Below, piece after piece: positions 1-14,399 of a stretch of 64,000 nt of DNA. Numbering within the stretch: the stretch's first letter is position 1; each line of letters starts with the position of its first letter. The notes beneath the pieces are model-generated. The model made no database searches. It saw only the letters and a list, made by a program, of their open reading frames with translations, and was not told where the DNA came from. Origin of the DNA: Vicugna vicugna (lineage: Eukaryota); the NCBI GenBank assembly GCA_013265495.1, contig MU057640.1, positions 1,497,303-1,561,302 of the forward strand, written 5' to 3'. Position numbers and translations under genes: made by a program.

Positions 1-3000
1 GTAATATATGCTATATTTGTTCAATGGACAAAGCTTTTTCTATTGCAAAAGGTCCACGCAGGTAAAAGCTGGCTGAATCAGGAAACAGCTATTCCCTGGA
101 AACAGGACTGTCAAAAGCAGCTTGTTCTCAGATGGAGGTCATGAACTGAGCAGAGAATATTTACAGTTAACCACTCAAGCACAGAAGAACTGTAACAACA
201 CCCTCTCTCACTTACGACAGTTTACAGTTTACTAGAGAGCATTCTGGTATTCATTATCGTTTGGGAAAATGGGCCAAGTCCACTGAGGAGGGCAGGAAGT
301 ATCCCGGCACCAAAGAGCACGTGGCCCTCTGCCCTTGGAGGGGAAGAGACTCACAAAATCAAAATAATTGCACTTTCTCTTGTGCTGAAAAACAGCTGAG
401 AAACAGTAACTAAGAAACCATCTTACGGCCTAGATTTGAAAGCATCTGCAGTTAGTGGCGGGCTGCATACAATAAACACAACCCAAAAAGGGGAGTCTGG
501 AAAAGAAAGATGCTAACTACTTATTGAGAAACCAGAAACTTTTTCTTTTCTTCCTTTCTTTCATTTTTTGATTGTTCTTTAAGCATTGAAACTTATAGGA
601 ATGAGCCCACGTTGCCCTTTTGTACCCAGAAATACCAGAAAACAGCCAGAAACTCCAAAAAGCATCGTGACCTTGCCTCTATTTTATAACATTAGGAAGA
701 AAATAAACTTGACAATGAAATTTAGAAACTTAGTAATAAAGACAGAGAGATGTGCAGAAGCAAATGAGAGAAGGCAGAAGAGAAACGTGCAAGGCCAGAC
801 TCCATTCTGCCAGGCGTCACAGATGAACTGCCTTCCTCGCCACAGGTGACAAACAGCGCCATGCACAGGAGAAAGGATTATAATGAACGTAGTGATTTCC
901 ACCTGTGTTTTCATACCACCACTAGGGGACTCCAAGAATCTCAAAGAATATGGCAAAATTTTATTCCACCAATTAACTGGAGGACTAGGGTACCACAAAA
1001 ACTGAATGTAAGAATGCTCAGAAATCACCTCTCTGGGAACTAGGCAACAGTGTAGCCTTTTACTTTGAAACTTGAAAAGAAAATAACTCCTCACACTTCT
1101 CATGCTTCTATAGAAAGAGACACCCTACTGTATAGCATGACGGAAGAAGGTAAGATTTTTTTTTTTTAGAAGAAAGGTATTCAACTTATTTCATAGCCTT
1201 CCTCACCAAATTAACAAAGGAGGTAATCCATCTGGTCAGAAATTAGAATGGCTATTTTAAGGAAAGAGGGAGCCTATTTTTTTCCTGCAGTTAACAAATC
1301 AAAAGAAAGTCAGTCAAACTTTCTATTAACTTAGCATCTACTATGGGGGAAACAAACAACAAGAACACTAACAAGTTAGCTTCTGCTTAAAGCTGTCCTC
1401 AGAACTTGGCCATAAAATAACTCCCCGGTGCGATTCAGGTCAACAAAGAGGCTCAGTGAAAGGAGTAATGGCAAAGTTAGCAATTTCTCTGTGCTGCTTC
1501 ACTTTTGTAGGCTACAAACTTTTTACTTGAACTCTTTTCTCTCAAATTTCCTTCCCACATCAGTTTTACAACTTCATTATTGTGGTTGGAGGTGAACTCT
1601 ATTCCACCATCTTGACTGCCTCCAGACCACTTCATTCTTTATTGATTTTATTGCCATCTTCCACTTAGAACAAAGTCACCAACCCCCCGACCCAGTGTCT
1701 CTCATATTAAAAAAAAAAAAAAAAAGGAAGGAAATTGAGATGGAGAGGTAAAAAGATAATCCATTTTGAAGGAATGGGCATGAGGATTGGGAGACCAGTT
1801 ATGAATGGCATCCAAATCCTTTTCAAGAAGAGATCACACTGGAACCTTACTGAAACAAAGAAAGAAAATACCTGTCAAGCTGTCTTTGTGCAGGAGTAGC
1901 AAACTTAAATCAGGAACCAACCGACAGACAGTGTTGTAACTTGTTAGGAGTCCAAGCAGCAAATACACAAATAGGGAGGGTTCTTCACATGCAGCTTTAG
2001 CTTTGGGCCTGAGAATAATTACCTAAAATAAATCTAGCGAGTGTTATGCAAGAAACCAACTGAGAACACAACACTACGAATAAAAAGACTTCTGTTCAGA
2101 ACCATTAAACACGATCATGCAAAACCCACATGTCCCAAGAAGCCACCCAAAAGTGAAACAGGCAGAAAAGACAGGATTACTATTTGTCAAGGATAAAATT
2201 TTGAAAGCAAATTAAAATTTGCTGTCTTCAACCATTTAATGTGCACAGATCTCAATTTGATGCTTAAAACTAAAAATACATTGTAACACCAATGAATCAA
2301 AGTCTGAGCACTTTCCAATAATACAAAGTTATAAAATAATTTAAAACTTGACCATATTTGACGAATATGATTCAGATCAGTCTCTCAGTGGAAGGTACTG
2401 CCATCACAGAAGTGAGATCCAGAGAGCTGTTGCTGTCTGACGGAAGAAGTTTTGAAGACAGTGCCATGTTCTTACTAACACTCACAGCTGCTGAAACACA
2501 TTCTTTCAAAAATCCTCATTTTCTTCCAGGGGTGGAGTTTCCCAAAGAACTTCAGGCTAAAATCTAAACGGACACGGGGCCAAAACTGAGTGATACCACA
2601 AAATGCAGACTTCCTTTAAAACAACGTTTACACTCTTTACTTGGAAGAGAGGACAGAGGACAAAGCTCTCATCATTTGCTCTGTTTACACCACAAAGGCT
2701 TCAGGACAAGAAGCTCTGGGGGTCATTACTGGCCAACTAGTTGAAGTGCATCAGTGCCCATGGAGAATGCTTCTGTTATGGACAGACACTTAAAAGAAGC
2801 CTATTGGAAGCTAAGAGGGCTGCGGCATACATACCAAGCTATTTTGAGCCTCAGAGAAGAGGCCAGCAAACAAATCACCACAAAGGCAAATAACTTTCAG
2901 ATCCAGGGAGATGTCTGCTGCTTCTTTGTGGTGTGATGATTTGAAAACCAGACAATAACCCGACTTCTTGTAAACTGAAGCATGAAGTGGGATAAAGGAA

Positions 3001-5549
3001 GTTTTGCAATGCTGCATTGTTTAAGTTACAGGACCGGGGAGGGAGCAGAGAGCAGGCGCACATCAGACCAAATGAGGTGGGGCCCCGATACTCCATATTA
3101 AAAACAAGCCCAGGACGACCAAAGTCAATTACCTCTGGAGAATTACCACGTGCAGCAAACTCTGGTCACTTGCCTTTCCTCTCCTATCTTTCTATCAGGG
3201 AAGCAGAGACATTGCCTTTAAAAATATAGCATTCTTCTACTCTTTCTGTACGCAGATTACTTTACAGGATTCCTTCACTTAAAAACACAAAGAACAAAAA
3301 ATCACATGCCTACATAGAGAAATATGCCCTACACAAAAAAATCTCTCCCTAAAATCACTGGAAACAAAAACAGAATAGGCCAGAGCCCAGCTTCTCTTTA
3401 AAGAGGCTCCCTCTTCATCCTACGATGAAATGTCAACAATCTGTTTATATAAATACTTACAGCTTAGATGACATTACACTTAACATATACCATGTACAAG
3501 TACTTAAAAATTTCCCAGTGCCACCACCAGGGGGGTCAGTCTTTTATTAATAATTGGTGTGGGTCCCCCCTGCCTCTCTTTTCAATGGTGCGCTCTGTGT
3601 TCTGAGAGAACACATTATTGGCCCATGTTAATCACAGCTACTTTGGGTCAAATGGTTTTCATTTTCACTTTTATGTTAATCTTTATTTTCTACATTTTTG
3701 TAGGTATGTATTATTTTTATAAAAGTTATTGTTTAAATTTGCTGGAGAACAGAGTGTTAAATGAGATTTTCTTGATGCTTTAAACAAATATAACTTAATG
3801 GCTGTTATTCCAAATAATCAGCAAAATACAATAAAAGCATAGAATTTTAGCCACAATGAATGCCGGGCCTTGGCTTAAATCTTTATAACCAACAAGCTCT
3901 GTACACTCGCAGAGTGGATGGACAGTCACTGATGTCTCCATGTTTAAAATGAGGCCATGATGTAATAAAATGGGAATATCATCAAATTTTAGGGATAGGC
4001 CTAAATATTCTGATAGAAGTAGAGACAGCTGGTTTATCTTCACACACTACTTAGCAGAGCTTTCCAGACTACAGAGGGGGCACCTAATCCTACAGACCGG
4101 ATTAATTCTGTTTAATTGATTTGAGAAGAGAGAGAGAAAAAAAAAAGAGGGTGGGAAGTTTTCATCAGAGATTAGCATTCACTTAGAAAATTGAGATTTC
4201 TTCTCCACAAGGTTGGAAGGCACCTGCTACTGAGTGCGTAAGATATAATTAAGCATAAAACTCCAGATATTTTTACACATATTAAGAACTTTGGAATTCT
4301 TGACTGAGGTCTTAACACTGTACCCACTGACAAGAGATACTGACTACCATGGGAGAAATAATTCACATGAAGTAATCTAGAAGCCATAGTGATGCTATAT
4401 TCCCACTCAAGATAAACCTTTCATGCCCCTCTGTTTGGGTATCGGCTAATGATCCAATTATTTACACAACATGCAAACTAAGAGCCATAAGGTTGGGGGA
4501 TTTGTATTCGGTACTGAAACATGGTCTCTTGGCTCCTAATTGCAGAAAGAGATTAAGTGAAAGGTTAATTGGGTACTAAACAAGTCCTGATGACAAACAG
4601 GATCACAGTTCTTGAAAACAAGCACCCTTTATAAACAGCCTACATCACTAAAATGAAGGTCTTTGTGATTTATATCAGGGAAAAGAGCTTAACTAACCGT
4701 GTAACAAGGAATTTTATCAGGGGTATTTACTGACATGAAAAATGCATCAGTTTCCTAGAAACTCACTCTAAATTTAATCTTTCAACTTAACTCAGCAGAT
4801 GTGCTAATAATAATTTTATAATTTGAACCCCTGATTTTCCAAAATGAGCATGACAACGTCTAAGAAATAGCCATGCCCTAGACGAGCAAAGACAACCCAG
4901 CTCACGAGCTTGTGCACATACACCCACAGACGCCCAGTAGCAGTCACGCCTGCAAAACACAAAATTACACAGCATGGCTTTCTTCTGCTTCTTGTCAAAA
5001 GATGAGTTCCTCTGAGAGGCCCACTCACAGATATTCCAATATGAAAACAAAGATGCATCCATGCATTAAAAAGTCAACTCACATTATAAATTGAAAATCT
5101 GATCTTTGGGCTACTGAATGGATAAATCTGCTTGTCTTTTTTTCTCTTGAGCAGACACAGTAAGATAAGAACTGGGTAAGATCCCTAATGCACTATCAGA
5201 AAATCCGTAAGAAAAAAAAAAAACTACTTAAAAGGCTTACTTTCTACCTAAGAAAAGTCTTCATTTTATCTTTCTCCCTAAATGACTTATAAATGTCCTC
5301 TGCTTTAGAATGAATATGGTTATTTTAATGTTTTGCACTCAAATAAAATGAAACAAGGTTAACTTATTTGGTGAAGACAAAAAAGAAAAAAAAAAAGACA
5401 TTCACCCATTTCATTGCCAGATAACTAACTGATAGGTCTAAGAAAGTCTGCTGACCTATCCTTTTGAGAAAGAGAAGAAACAAATTTAGGGTTTATCATC
5501 CTAAATAGGAGAGGTATTGGTGAATGGTTCAAGTTAGAAGATGCAAAAT

Positions 5550-5670
5550 GGGGGGGAAGGGGGATAGCTCAGTGGTAGAGCACATGCTTAGCATGCACAA
5601 GGTCCTAGGTTCAATCCCCAGTACCTCCATTAAATAGATAAACCTAATTACCTGCCCACACCAAAAAAAA
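5550..5670 (+). mobile_element. tRNA-Ala(AGC)-derived SINE, Vic-1-like (camelid)
   Basis: G-rich start, A box TAGCTCAGTGG (5565-5575), B box GGTTCAATCC (5608-5617), tRNA-Ala-like body ending CTCCA, then a tRNA-unrelated tail and A run. Perfect 13 bp TSD AGAAGATGCAAAA at 5536-5548 and 5671-5683. Confidence 0.9.
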
Positions 5671-7699
5671 AGAAGATGCAAAACAGATACAATATGAACT
5701 TCCAGGATTTCCTTTGACCTCAACCACAGAGAGTTAAGCAGAGGTTCCAGACAGCAAGGCAGCCCCTGAAGACAGAGGTAGGAGGACAAACGAGCTAGAA
5801 GAGGGGCAACAGTTCCTACCTTCCTCACCAAGCAAAGGAGACAAGGCATGGAGGAACGTTCTAAAACAGACCTGCAAAATCGGAATTGCTGATCAATGTC
5901 AAATATTCTACTGCTTTTCATTCTATCCAGGGAAGAGATCTGCTTTTACAAATACATATATACCCTTGACAATACTTTCAAATGCAAAGAACAAGCCTCC
6001 CTTTCAAACTCCCTCCATCAGACTAAAGAGTAGGAAACATTTAGTAGCCTTCTGGATAATTTGTGCCAATTTAGATGATTCATGTATTGCTTTCCCAGAC
6101 TATATGGTCTATGGCCAGTGCTTTCAAGTCAACAAGGGTGTGGAGAGCAAGACCTAATTACAGATCTGAGTCACTGTCTACAAGTCCCCTAGCCCAGTGG
6201 AGCAGCCCCCACAAAGGCATCATTTCATTTTGAGGCATAAAAACAAACCCGCTCTACAGATCCCTTTGCATAAGAAACAAATAAGAACACATTCTGCCAC
6301 AAGAAACAGAAACATCAGTTTTCTGAATCGATTTTTCAAAGAAAAATGTCAACAAGTTTTTTTCCCCTTCAAAAGCAACTTTAACACTGAAGTTTTTAAA
6401 ATAAGACAATGGATATAAAATATATTTACAGGATTACAGCTTAAATATCTTGCAGTTCTTGTCTATATTTGGCCTAAGGTACAAATGGCATTCCATCTTA
6501 AACACTGGTTGTCTCCCCATGGAAGAGGTTTACCAACTCTTTTCATAGAGACCTCATTTGATTGGATGTTTCCATTTGATGGTTACATAATCTTCCAACA
6601 TTGGCAACATTTTAATTTATGATCCTGGGCCCACAATGAAAGAAAAAAGCTAATGATAGTTACATTTAAATAAAATTAAAAGAAAGATCCATTTTTTAAC
6701 AAGAAAATGCATGCACAAAGCACAAAAACCTAAAATTCAATTTCCACAAAAGATGTTACTTTTCCCTTCCTATAGTGTGGAATCTATATGGATTAAGGGG
6801 GTAAAAATCTATTGAGTTTCCTTTTTTCCCCACATGTTAAACATTTAAACAAAAAATAACACCCTGAAAAAAAATGGATATCCTCTTCTGACTGTCATAA
6901 ATCGTTCTCTGACACTTTATCAGTAATTATGTTCCCAAGTGGAAAGGATTAATGATCTCTGAGTGGCAATGACAGTTCAGTTCTGCGGAGGTAACATTCT
7001 GAACACAAACAAGGGGTAATATGAATCCTTCAACAGCAAAAGAACAGATTTTTTGAATGCAGAAGTTAAATCACCTAAGGTATGTTTCAGACAAAGATGC
7101 TATAAAAACATCTCCAGGACTCGCGCTGGGGCAAAAAGGGAAATCATGAGATACTACGTTTCAAAGTGTCATGCTTCACAGTCTGTTCACAGGGGTGGAT
7201 GCCTGGTCTATAATTAGGGTCACCAGTGCGAGGTGCCAACTGACAAGCTGACAAATTTAGAAAGTACGTAGTCAATTTTGTCAGTTTGATGGCTAATTGA
7301 CAAGAATGCAGAAAAAAATATAGATTTACACAAGTTTGCCAAAAGCATGCGCTCTGACCTCAGGATGAATAGAGCTATTTAAATGAAAAAAGTCACCAAC
7401 ACACTCTGAAAAGCTCACTGATGACACGGTAGGTCGTGCATCCATCAAACCTCCGAGGGGTGCAGATCAGGTAGAGACAGTGAGCTCAGTAGCAGACAAG
7501 CACCAGATGCCAGAAGATAAGCATCTTGATTAAACTCACCTGCCATTTAAAATCTAACCCATTTTATTGCACATCACCAAGATGCCTAGTAACAGATCTT
7601 TAGACCAGTGTTTGAAAACAAATTTATAGCCTCTTTCTGTGGTCCTGAATTTATTCTCAACTCCTTTGCGATCTTAAATGACAAATACATACAATATGT

Positions 7700-7990
7700 A
7701 CATTTACCTGAAGTGAAAAAGTATACCAAAATTATACTACACATATGAGGTAAAAGCACAAACAAAATGCATGGGAAGAATAAAAACCAAAACCAGGATA
7801 GTGGGTCCTCAGAGGCAGAGAAAGGGCACTACTCCGAGGGAGGAAGGCTGGGGCTTGTTAACTGTTCCACAGAATTGGTAAACGTTCTATTTGTCTAGTG
7901 TTGTGGGAGGGTCCATGTGGACACCTGTCATATCATTCCCGATACATTTTTTATATTTGAAGTATTCGTGGTAATTTTTGAAGAATAAGA
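7700..7990 (+). mobile_element. Ancient L1 (L1ME-like) 3' UTR fragment
   Basis: Resembles recalled L1ME 3' end text (caggatagtgg...ggtaaacgttctatt...); highly diverged, boundaries approximate. Confidence 0.5.
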
Positions 7991-8389
7991 AGCAAACAAG
8001 GAACTAGAAGTTTGGGTACAGACTATTCTAAGAAAACACAAGGGACCGCTGCTTTGCACTATGGAATATACACCTATACAAGGGATGGTTTCTGGGCTGG
8101 CAGTCCAAGACCCTTTTCAGCGTTCACAGCCCAAATAGGTTGATGAAAAGGCAAAACCTCCAGGGAAGTAAAAAGGAGAATCTGAAAGCAGTGCATTTCA
8201 TTCTCACGTCTTTGCGTATGAAATCACTACCTGTAACCTGTCCGGAGCGAAGAGGGTGTCAGTCAGCACCAGCACGCCCTGCCAGTTTCATTTAACCGGA
8301 GGACTTTGCCTCCCTTCGCAACCACTCCCACGTTCCCTGGGGGAGAAACTAATGGACTACTAAAAATAAAACGGGGATTAAGTGAATCA

Positions 8390-8830
8390 CTTCGGATGTT
8401 TTGGCTCCCAACCCGAACTGGCTTAAACAAAAAGGAAATGTTACTGGCTCAGCTGCTTGGACTTCTGGAGGAGGAACAGGCTTCAGGGCTGGCTTCTCTG
8501 TCCTCCGCCCTGTGTGACTTCTTGCTCAGCCTGGAGCCACATCAGACCTCACAGCAGCACAGAACCACATCCCGAAGAGAAAGAGAGGCAGGCTCTTGGG
8601 GATGCTCTGTTTTAAGCATGAGAAGACTTCTGCCAGAAGCTCCTGGCAAACCTACTCTGGAGTCTCCTTGGCTAGAACAGGATTACAAGACTATTCTTGA
8701 ATCCCGCCCTCTGGCCAGTTCATGCCCAACAGCGGCTGATGCCTCCTCCACGATGAGTTCATCATCGACACAGCGGAGATGGAACTGCCCCTGACCAGGG
8801 CCCACCCTGGAGCTGCAGTCAGTTCCACAA
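8390..8830 (-). mobile_element. MaLR LTR relic (MLT1-like)
   Basis: Motif aactggcttaaacaaaaaggaaatgttactggctca and downstream text resemble a reverse MLT1 LTR. Confidence 0.55.
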
Positions 8831-10025
8831 CCAGGATCCATCCCTAATGTCTATCTGCTCCTATTTACAAGGAATGGCCTGAGCAATTCTGTGTTAATCA
8901 AAAGGTTAAATAAATTATAATTAGGATATATCTGTTTATGTATATAAAGCTTGACACTCAAAAATCAGACAACCAAGTGAATTAATCCCTTTGAGAAAAG
9001 CAGATTTTTAAAAACTTGGTCTTAATACCTCCATTGCTCCAATGAGAAACTTCAAGACAGAAAGCCAGCACTTTATAAAGCAAGTAGGTCAGAGGAAGTG
9101 TGGTACAGTACTTACTATACTCTTGTGCCATAGCAATAGACAGTTAGACAGCATCTGTATTAACAATGCACAACCTGGAAAAAAAAGAAGAGAAATAGTA
9201 AGTACACAAGAAATTCCATTAAAAATAGAGGCATAGCTTTGACAAAAGTCTTATTTTTTTTCTGAAAGAAGGAAACCAGTCATTTTAAAGTAAGTAGCTG
9301 CACTTAAATTAGAAATTAGAAAAAAAATACCTGCAGTATTAGAATTCCTCTAAATATTTTGAAGTTAAAATCATCCACATCTTCTGTAGATTCAGCCACC
9401 CAAAAAAAAAAAAAAAAAAAACCCCAAACAAAAAACATTTTAAGCAAGTAAAACTGCCCTGGACTACTATTTATAAAACTAAAACAAAAGCAATTATTAA
9501 ACAGATCTCAAAAATCACGGAGTCTACCCCCTACAACATATATGCAACCTGCTGAATTCAATGCAACTTGTAGTTAGATAAACCAGCTTTAATTTCTAAA
9601 TTTAAACTCAGGGATCTGAGGAAATAGTCCTCAGAAAAAAAAAATGCACATAACTGATTCAAATATTTGACACTGCATCTTAACAAAATCTTTGAATATT
9701 CAGCTTACTATGGAAGGCTAAAGAAACAGAGCCATAGAACTGGGGACTCTAAGGTCCTGGGGTGTCTTTTAATGTTCAGAAGTAGCAGGTAAGAACTTTG
9801 TCTCTATGCAGACCCTGGGACAAGTAACAACACAGCAAGTCACACTCTTAATTAAGAAGGCCTTAAAAGCATAAAATTCTAAAGATGTAGTGGCACTTCC
9901 TGGGGATGGTGTGCCTTGACAAGGTGGAGGATAGCTATTCTCCAGGTACCTACAAATACCACGTCCAATTTCATTTTCTTCAGTGTATGTAAGATTCAGC
10001 CATGTTGTTGGCATTTGCTATAGTT

Positions 10026-10577
10026 TCTAGAAGAAGGAAAACATTTTCCCTTTACCCTTCCCTCTCAGGTTAATTCTTGGGAATCTGCAAATTAAACTGA
10101 TAAAGACAAATTAATAGGAGAAAAGGCAGAGTTTCTTTATTGATGTTAATATTTTTACATGCATGGGGATGCCACAGTAAAATGAAAACCTAAAGAGACT
10201 ATTAGACCCAGGGGCTCATATACTGTATTAACAAAGGGCAATAAACAGTGAAAAAGTGACTAAACAAAGGAAAAGGGGGGGGGGCTCCCAAGGATGATAA
10301 ATTGTGAGAAGGTAATTAGGAAATGTATGGTAGAGAAGGATTGTTTAGTAAGATTTGTTCCACAGACTCAAAAGTCTCCGTGATAAGAATCGTTCTCTCC
10401 TCCCTAGTATGGGAAATAGGGTAACCTTTACAAGTGGAAATGTATGCCCTGCTTTCAGGAAGAAAGGGGATGGCAAAAAGCTCTTCCTGTGTCTGCTGCC
10501 TCTCAGTGTCCTTCAGTTCAAAATAATCTTCATGCTAAAGTAGCATATTCTAGGGTGGGATCTTCTGATTGGGTTCA
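10026..10577 (-). mobile_element. ERV1 solo LTR, MER34/MER39-like
   Basis: Reverse complement starts TGAA...aatatgctactttagcatgaagattattttgaactgaagg, the same family signature as the LTR at 26387. No clear TSD. Confidence 0.7.
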
Positions 10578-10599
10578 TAAAAATTAAAACAAAATAAAT

Positions 10600-11680
10600 A
10601 AAAACACTATTAAAAGAATAAAGGTGCAATCTCAGAAAGGAAGCTGGTATTTACAATACATGTATCCACCAAAGGACTCATTCAGAATATATAAAGAACT
10701 CCAAGAAAATAAGAAAAAGACAAGCCACCCAAACAGTGTATCAAAATGGCCAATAAGCTCAATGGCGTTCACTGCCATGAAAACACAAATTAAAACCACA
10801 ATGAGATAAAATTACACACTGATCCAAATGGCTAAAACGCAAATATCTGACAACACCAAGTCTCAGGATGTGCGGCAATTCACCTCGCATACACTGCTGT
10901 GGGGGTGGGCACTGGAAAACTGTTCAGTAATAGCTGATAAAGCAGAACATAAGCTGGCCCAGCAAGTCCACTCCTACGGAAATACCTATCAGGAATGCAC
11001 ATAACCAGGTCCTAAAGACATACACAATAATATTCAATTCTTTGAATTTGGCATTAACTGTAATAGCCAAATCCAGTTAACAAATTAATTGTGGAATATT
11101 CATCTAATGAATACTATACAGCGGGAATCAGCCAACTTTTTCTGCCAAGAGTCAGATAGTAAATATTTTAGGGTTTGCAGGCCACATAATCTCTATGCCC
11201 CGGTACAACTACTCAGCTCTGCCTTTGGAGCGCAAGAGTGGCCACAGACGATATGTAAATAAATGGGGGTTGCTGTGTTCCAATAAAACTTTATTTACAA
11301 AACCAGGCAATTTTTTTGCATGCTATACAGTAATGAATATAAAGGAACCATAACTAATGTGGCAACACAAGATGAATCTCACAAACATAATACTGAGACC
11401 AAGAAGCCAGGCCATGAGAGAGCATGCTGTATGATTCCGTTTTATAAAGTTCAAAACCAGATAAAACCATGTAAGTCAGGATAATCCTGGCCCTCTGAAG
11501 GGGGCAGTAAAGCATGAGGGGAGGGAGGAGGGGAGATTCAGGCAGGCTAGGAATCCTGGATTCCCCGCTCTGAGTGGGGGTTTCCTGGTTATGCTCAATT
11601 AGGAAGATTCATCAAAGTGTCCATTTATGATGCACTTGTCTTTATATGTGTTACACCTGAATAAAAAGTGAAATATATTA
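10600..11680 (+). mobile_element. Ancient L1 (L1ME-like) ORF2 end and 3' UTR, interrupted by MER58
   Basis: Typical L1 3' text (caaattaaaaccacaatgagata; gatgaatctcacaaacataatactgag; tgtatgattccgttttataaagttcaaaa). Confidence 0.75.
11119..11319 (+). mobile_element. MER58A-like hAT-Charlie non-autonomous DNA transposon
   Basis: Core gatagtaaatattttagggtttgcaggcc...ccaataaaactttatttacaaaa. 8 bp hAT-type TSD ATACTATA (11111-11118) / ATGCTATA (11320-11327). Confidence 0.8.
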
Positions 11681-12549
11681 GTTAGTCGTTTTGTTTTTTA
11701 AGTAAATAAGAATGAGAGCCAAGAACATAAGTGAATGCTTTCTCACAGCCCGCTCGCCCCAGACATCAAACACTGATGCAGCAGCCGCCCTGTGCCCTCA
11801 CTAGGTGAGGTCCTGAAGCAACATCCCTTCCCCTGTATTTACTGTGATGTCTGTACAACTAAACCTCTGTTCTGAGTCCCGGGTAGCAGCGTGGAGAGTG
11901 CGCTACAATTAGGACACACCAGGAGTGGCAGGACGAGAGGGAAGTAACAGATGGTGGGTGAAGAGACTGGTGGAAATAAGCCCCTACACTGTACCATAAT
12001 CTGCTGAATAATTTCTACAGAACAGAGAAGCAGCTTAGAAACACAATTTGGAAGTTTACGGCACTCTTCTTTTGGACAAAAATAATGACATTTTAAAAGC
12101 TGACTAGAGCTCTTGAGAGACTGTTCGAACGGATTTTGTTTCCAAAACAACAACTTCTTCCAATTTAACAGGCTAAGTGGGCAGGAAGTTTCAGCCTTTC
12201 AAGTGAAGAAGCAAATCTGACCGATAACATAGTCTTGACTTTCTAGGTCTACATATTTTAAACAATTTCTATACCTTGATTTCATCTCTTCCCTCTATAC
12301 TATGTCTGAAAACTTGATTAGACATTGTAAGCTCCCAGACATCATAGGAAGCCATTAAATTACCACGGCTGTAACCAAATATATTAGGAGAGGCAGAGAT
12401 TATAAAAATGCCAGGGACAACAAGATCACAGGCATCACATTACAAGGATTCACATGCTATCAGGATGGGCTTACATCATGAGTGAAACAAAGAGAGAAAC
12501 AGTAAAGAAAAAGTAAGTGAAAAGAACTCACTGTACTGTATTCACTGCA

Positions 12550-12970
12550 TAAGTGCAAGAAACTGAACCAGACGCTAGAAATGCAAAGATAAATTTCTTG
12601 TCTTTAAGGAGCTCACAGTTACAAAGAAGATGACAAGCCTATGCATCAATAATTTAAATCAAGTGCCACAAAAGTTACACAACATTCACAGGTGCTATGG
12701 AGCTATGAATGAACAGGAGAGAATTATTATATATAGGAGGAGTGAAATGCAAGTGGGGACAGGAGGGTGAGAGAAGGAAGTCTTTACACTGCAGCTGAGA
12801 GTTGAAATGAGTTTTGAATGACTAAAGATGGGCAAGGTACGAAGGGGACCACAGTATTACTCTAGGCAGAGAAGGGAATATGCAAAGGCATGGAGGCGTG
12901 AATGAGAATAACAGAAAATCTGAGGCAACCAGAACATGGTGAACAAAGACAAGCCAAGGCTGAGATGATG
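12550..12970 (-). mobile_element. L2 LINE fragment
   Basis: Reverse L2 signature (aggagctcacagt...gagttgaaatgagttttgaatga...ggcagagaagggaatatgcaaaggcatggagg). Confidence 0.65.
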
Positions 12971-13339
12971 AGAGGACCTGTCAGTTACAGTAACTTCCAA
13001 TTCTGTCCTACAGACACTATGGAGCCAGGAGGGTGGGAACTGGTGGAATGAGAATGGAATACAAAGAACGGGGGAGTGACAGGTCTCCAGATACATCTTT
13101 TTACATAGTTTTGATGTTTATAACCATGGTGATGTTTCACCAAATAAAAAGCCATATCATCAAAATCAAACACTATGTGACGGTAACTCAAAAGGAAACA
13201 CAATCAGTAACAAGTGAACTGTATTACAAAGGTGTAAGTAACCACACTTAAGGGAGTTCAGAAGGAAAAACCAACCTAATCAATTTGGAAACCAGTTCTT
13301 GGCTATACACTCTGAGACTAGAGACAAAACAAAGAAAGG

Positions 13340-14260
13340 GAAAAGGCCAGAACGAACTGTATGGTGTTAAGACTAGAATCAGAGATATTCCAGTCTTTAA
13401 TACATACTTCAATAGATGATAGATATTGATAGAGGTAGATATGTGTATACACACACATATATATATGTCTATGTGTAAATATATATATACATTTCCTAGC
13501 TCTGTCCTCTGAGAGACTAGGAACAGTGATACTCCTTTAGCAGTGAACACCCCTATCACCCAAATATTGGCTTCTAAACAGCATCCTGCCATGAGAGGAA
13601 CTAGGACTACTTAGAGAAATGTCTGGCTGCAAAGCTAGGACGGGGAAAGTACCAGATGAACCTAGAACATCCTATGATACAACAAAGTAAGGAAGCGCTC
13701 AAACAAGATAAGGATTTACCAAAGGACACTGGAACCAACCTGAAGGGGCCAAATCTGGGATAACCTGAGCAATAAAATAAAAAAAAATTATGTTGATGGA
13801 TAATAACTTACAGGATAAAACAAATACCTATGAGTCTATATTGATAAAAATAAGTCACTGACCACACAAAAAAAAATGGGAGAGAAGGCCAAGCCCTTCC
13901 CTGCAAGAAAATATCAACTGATAAATTTTTTTAACAATCATAGAAATAGAAAAGCCACCATTTGACAAACACCACAAATTACAGAAGACAAAGGAAATAT
14001 ATCAACTAAATGCAATGTGAAATCCTAAATGGGATCATGATCCACACATAAATATTACTGGGATAGGTGACAAAATATGAATAAGGTCTGTAGCTCAATT
14101 AACATTATTGGACATCCCACTGATTTCTGGATTTTGGTAAGTTTATTATAGTTACACAAGACACTAGCATATGGGAAGGTAGATGAAGGGTAGGGAGAAA
14201 CTGACCTATTTTTGCAACTCTTTAAAATCATTCCGAAATTAAAAGTAAAGAAAAAAAAAA
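13340..14260 (+). mobile_element. L1MC4-like 3' UTR
   Basis: atttcctagctctgtcc...gaaggggccaaatctgggataa matches the recalled L1MC4 3' end; ends in an A-rich tail near 14250. Confidence 0.75.
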
Positions 14261-14399
14261 AAAAGGAAGGACTAGATGAGAGATTGTGAGTCAGGATATT
14301 CTTAATCCAAAATTTGGCTTCAGGCCTTCTTCTCTCTGTGCCACATATTAAAGCTGATAGCTTGACATTAAAAAACACAGAAAAGGCTTATATATACAT

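Noticed and set aside
3524..3538. CTCF-like motif CCACCAGGGGGGTCA (also CCGCCCGGTGGCAG near 38405)
   Set aside because: Mismatches at core positions; expected by chance.
5558..5629. Apparent tRNA-Ala(AGC) gene (also at 45280 and 48483)
   Set aside because: Disrupted stems, A-rich tails and TSDs show these are SINE copies, not functional tRNA genes.
8231..8278. 48 nt in-frame minus-strand reading GVLVLTDTLFAPDRLQ
   Set aside because: No polypyrimidine tract before the AG.
8306..8794. 162 aa ORF
   Set aside because: TTG start, overlaps an LTR relic, no family resemblance.
9331..9383. Protein-like minus-strand reading EDVDDFNFKIFRGILILQ ending at CAG|gta
   Set aside because: Poor acceptor context and weak donor; no homologue recognised.
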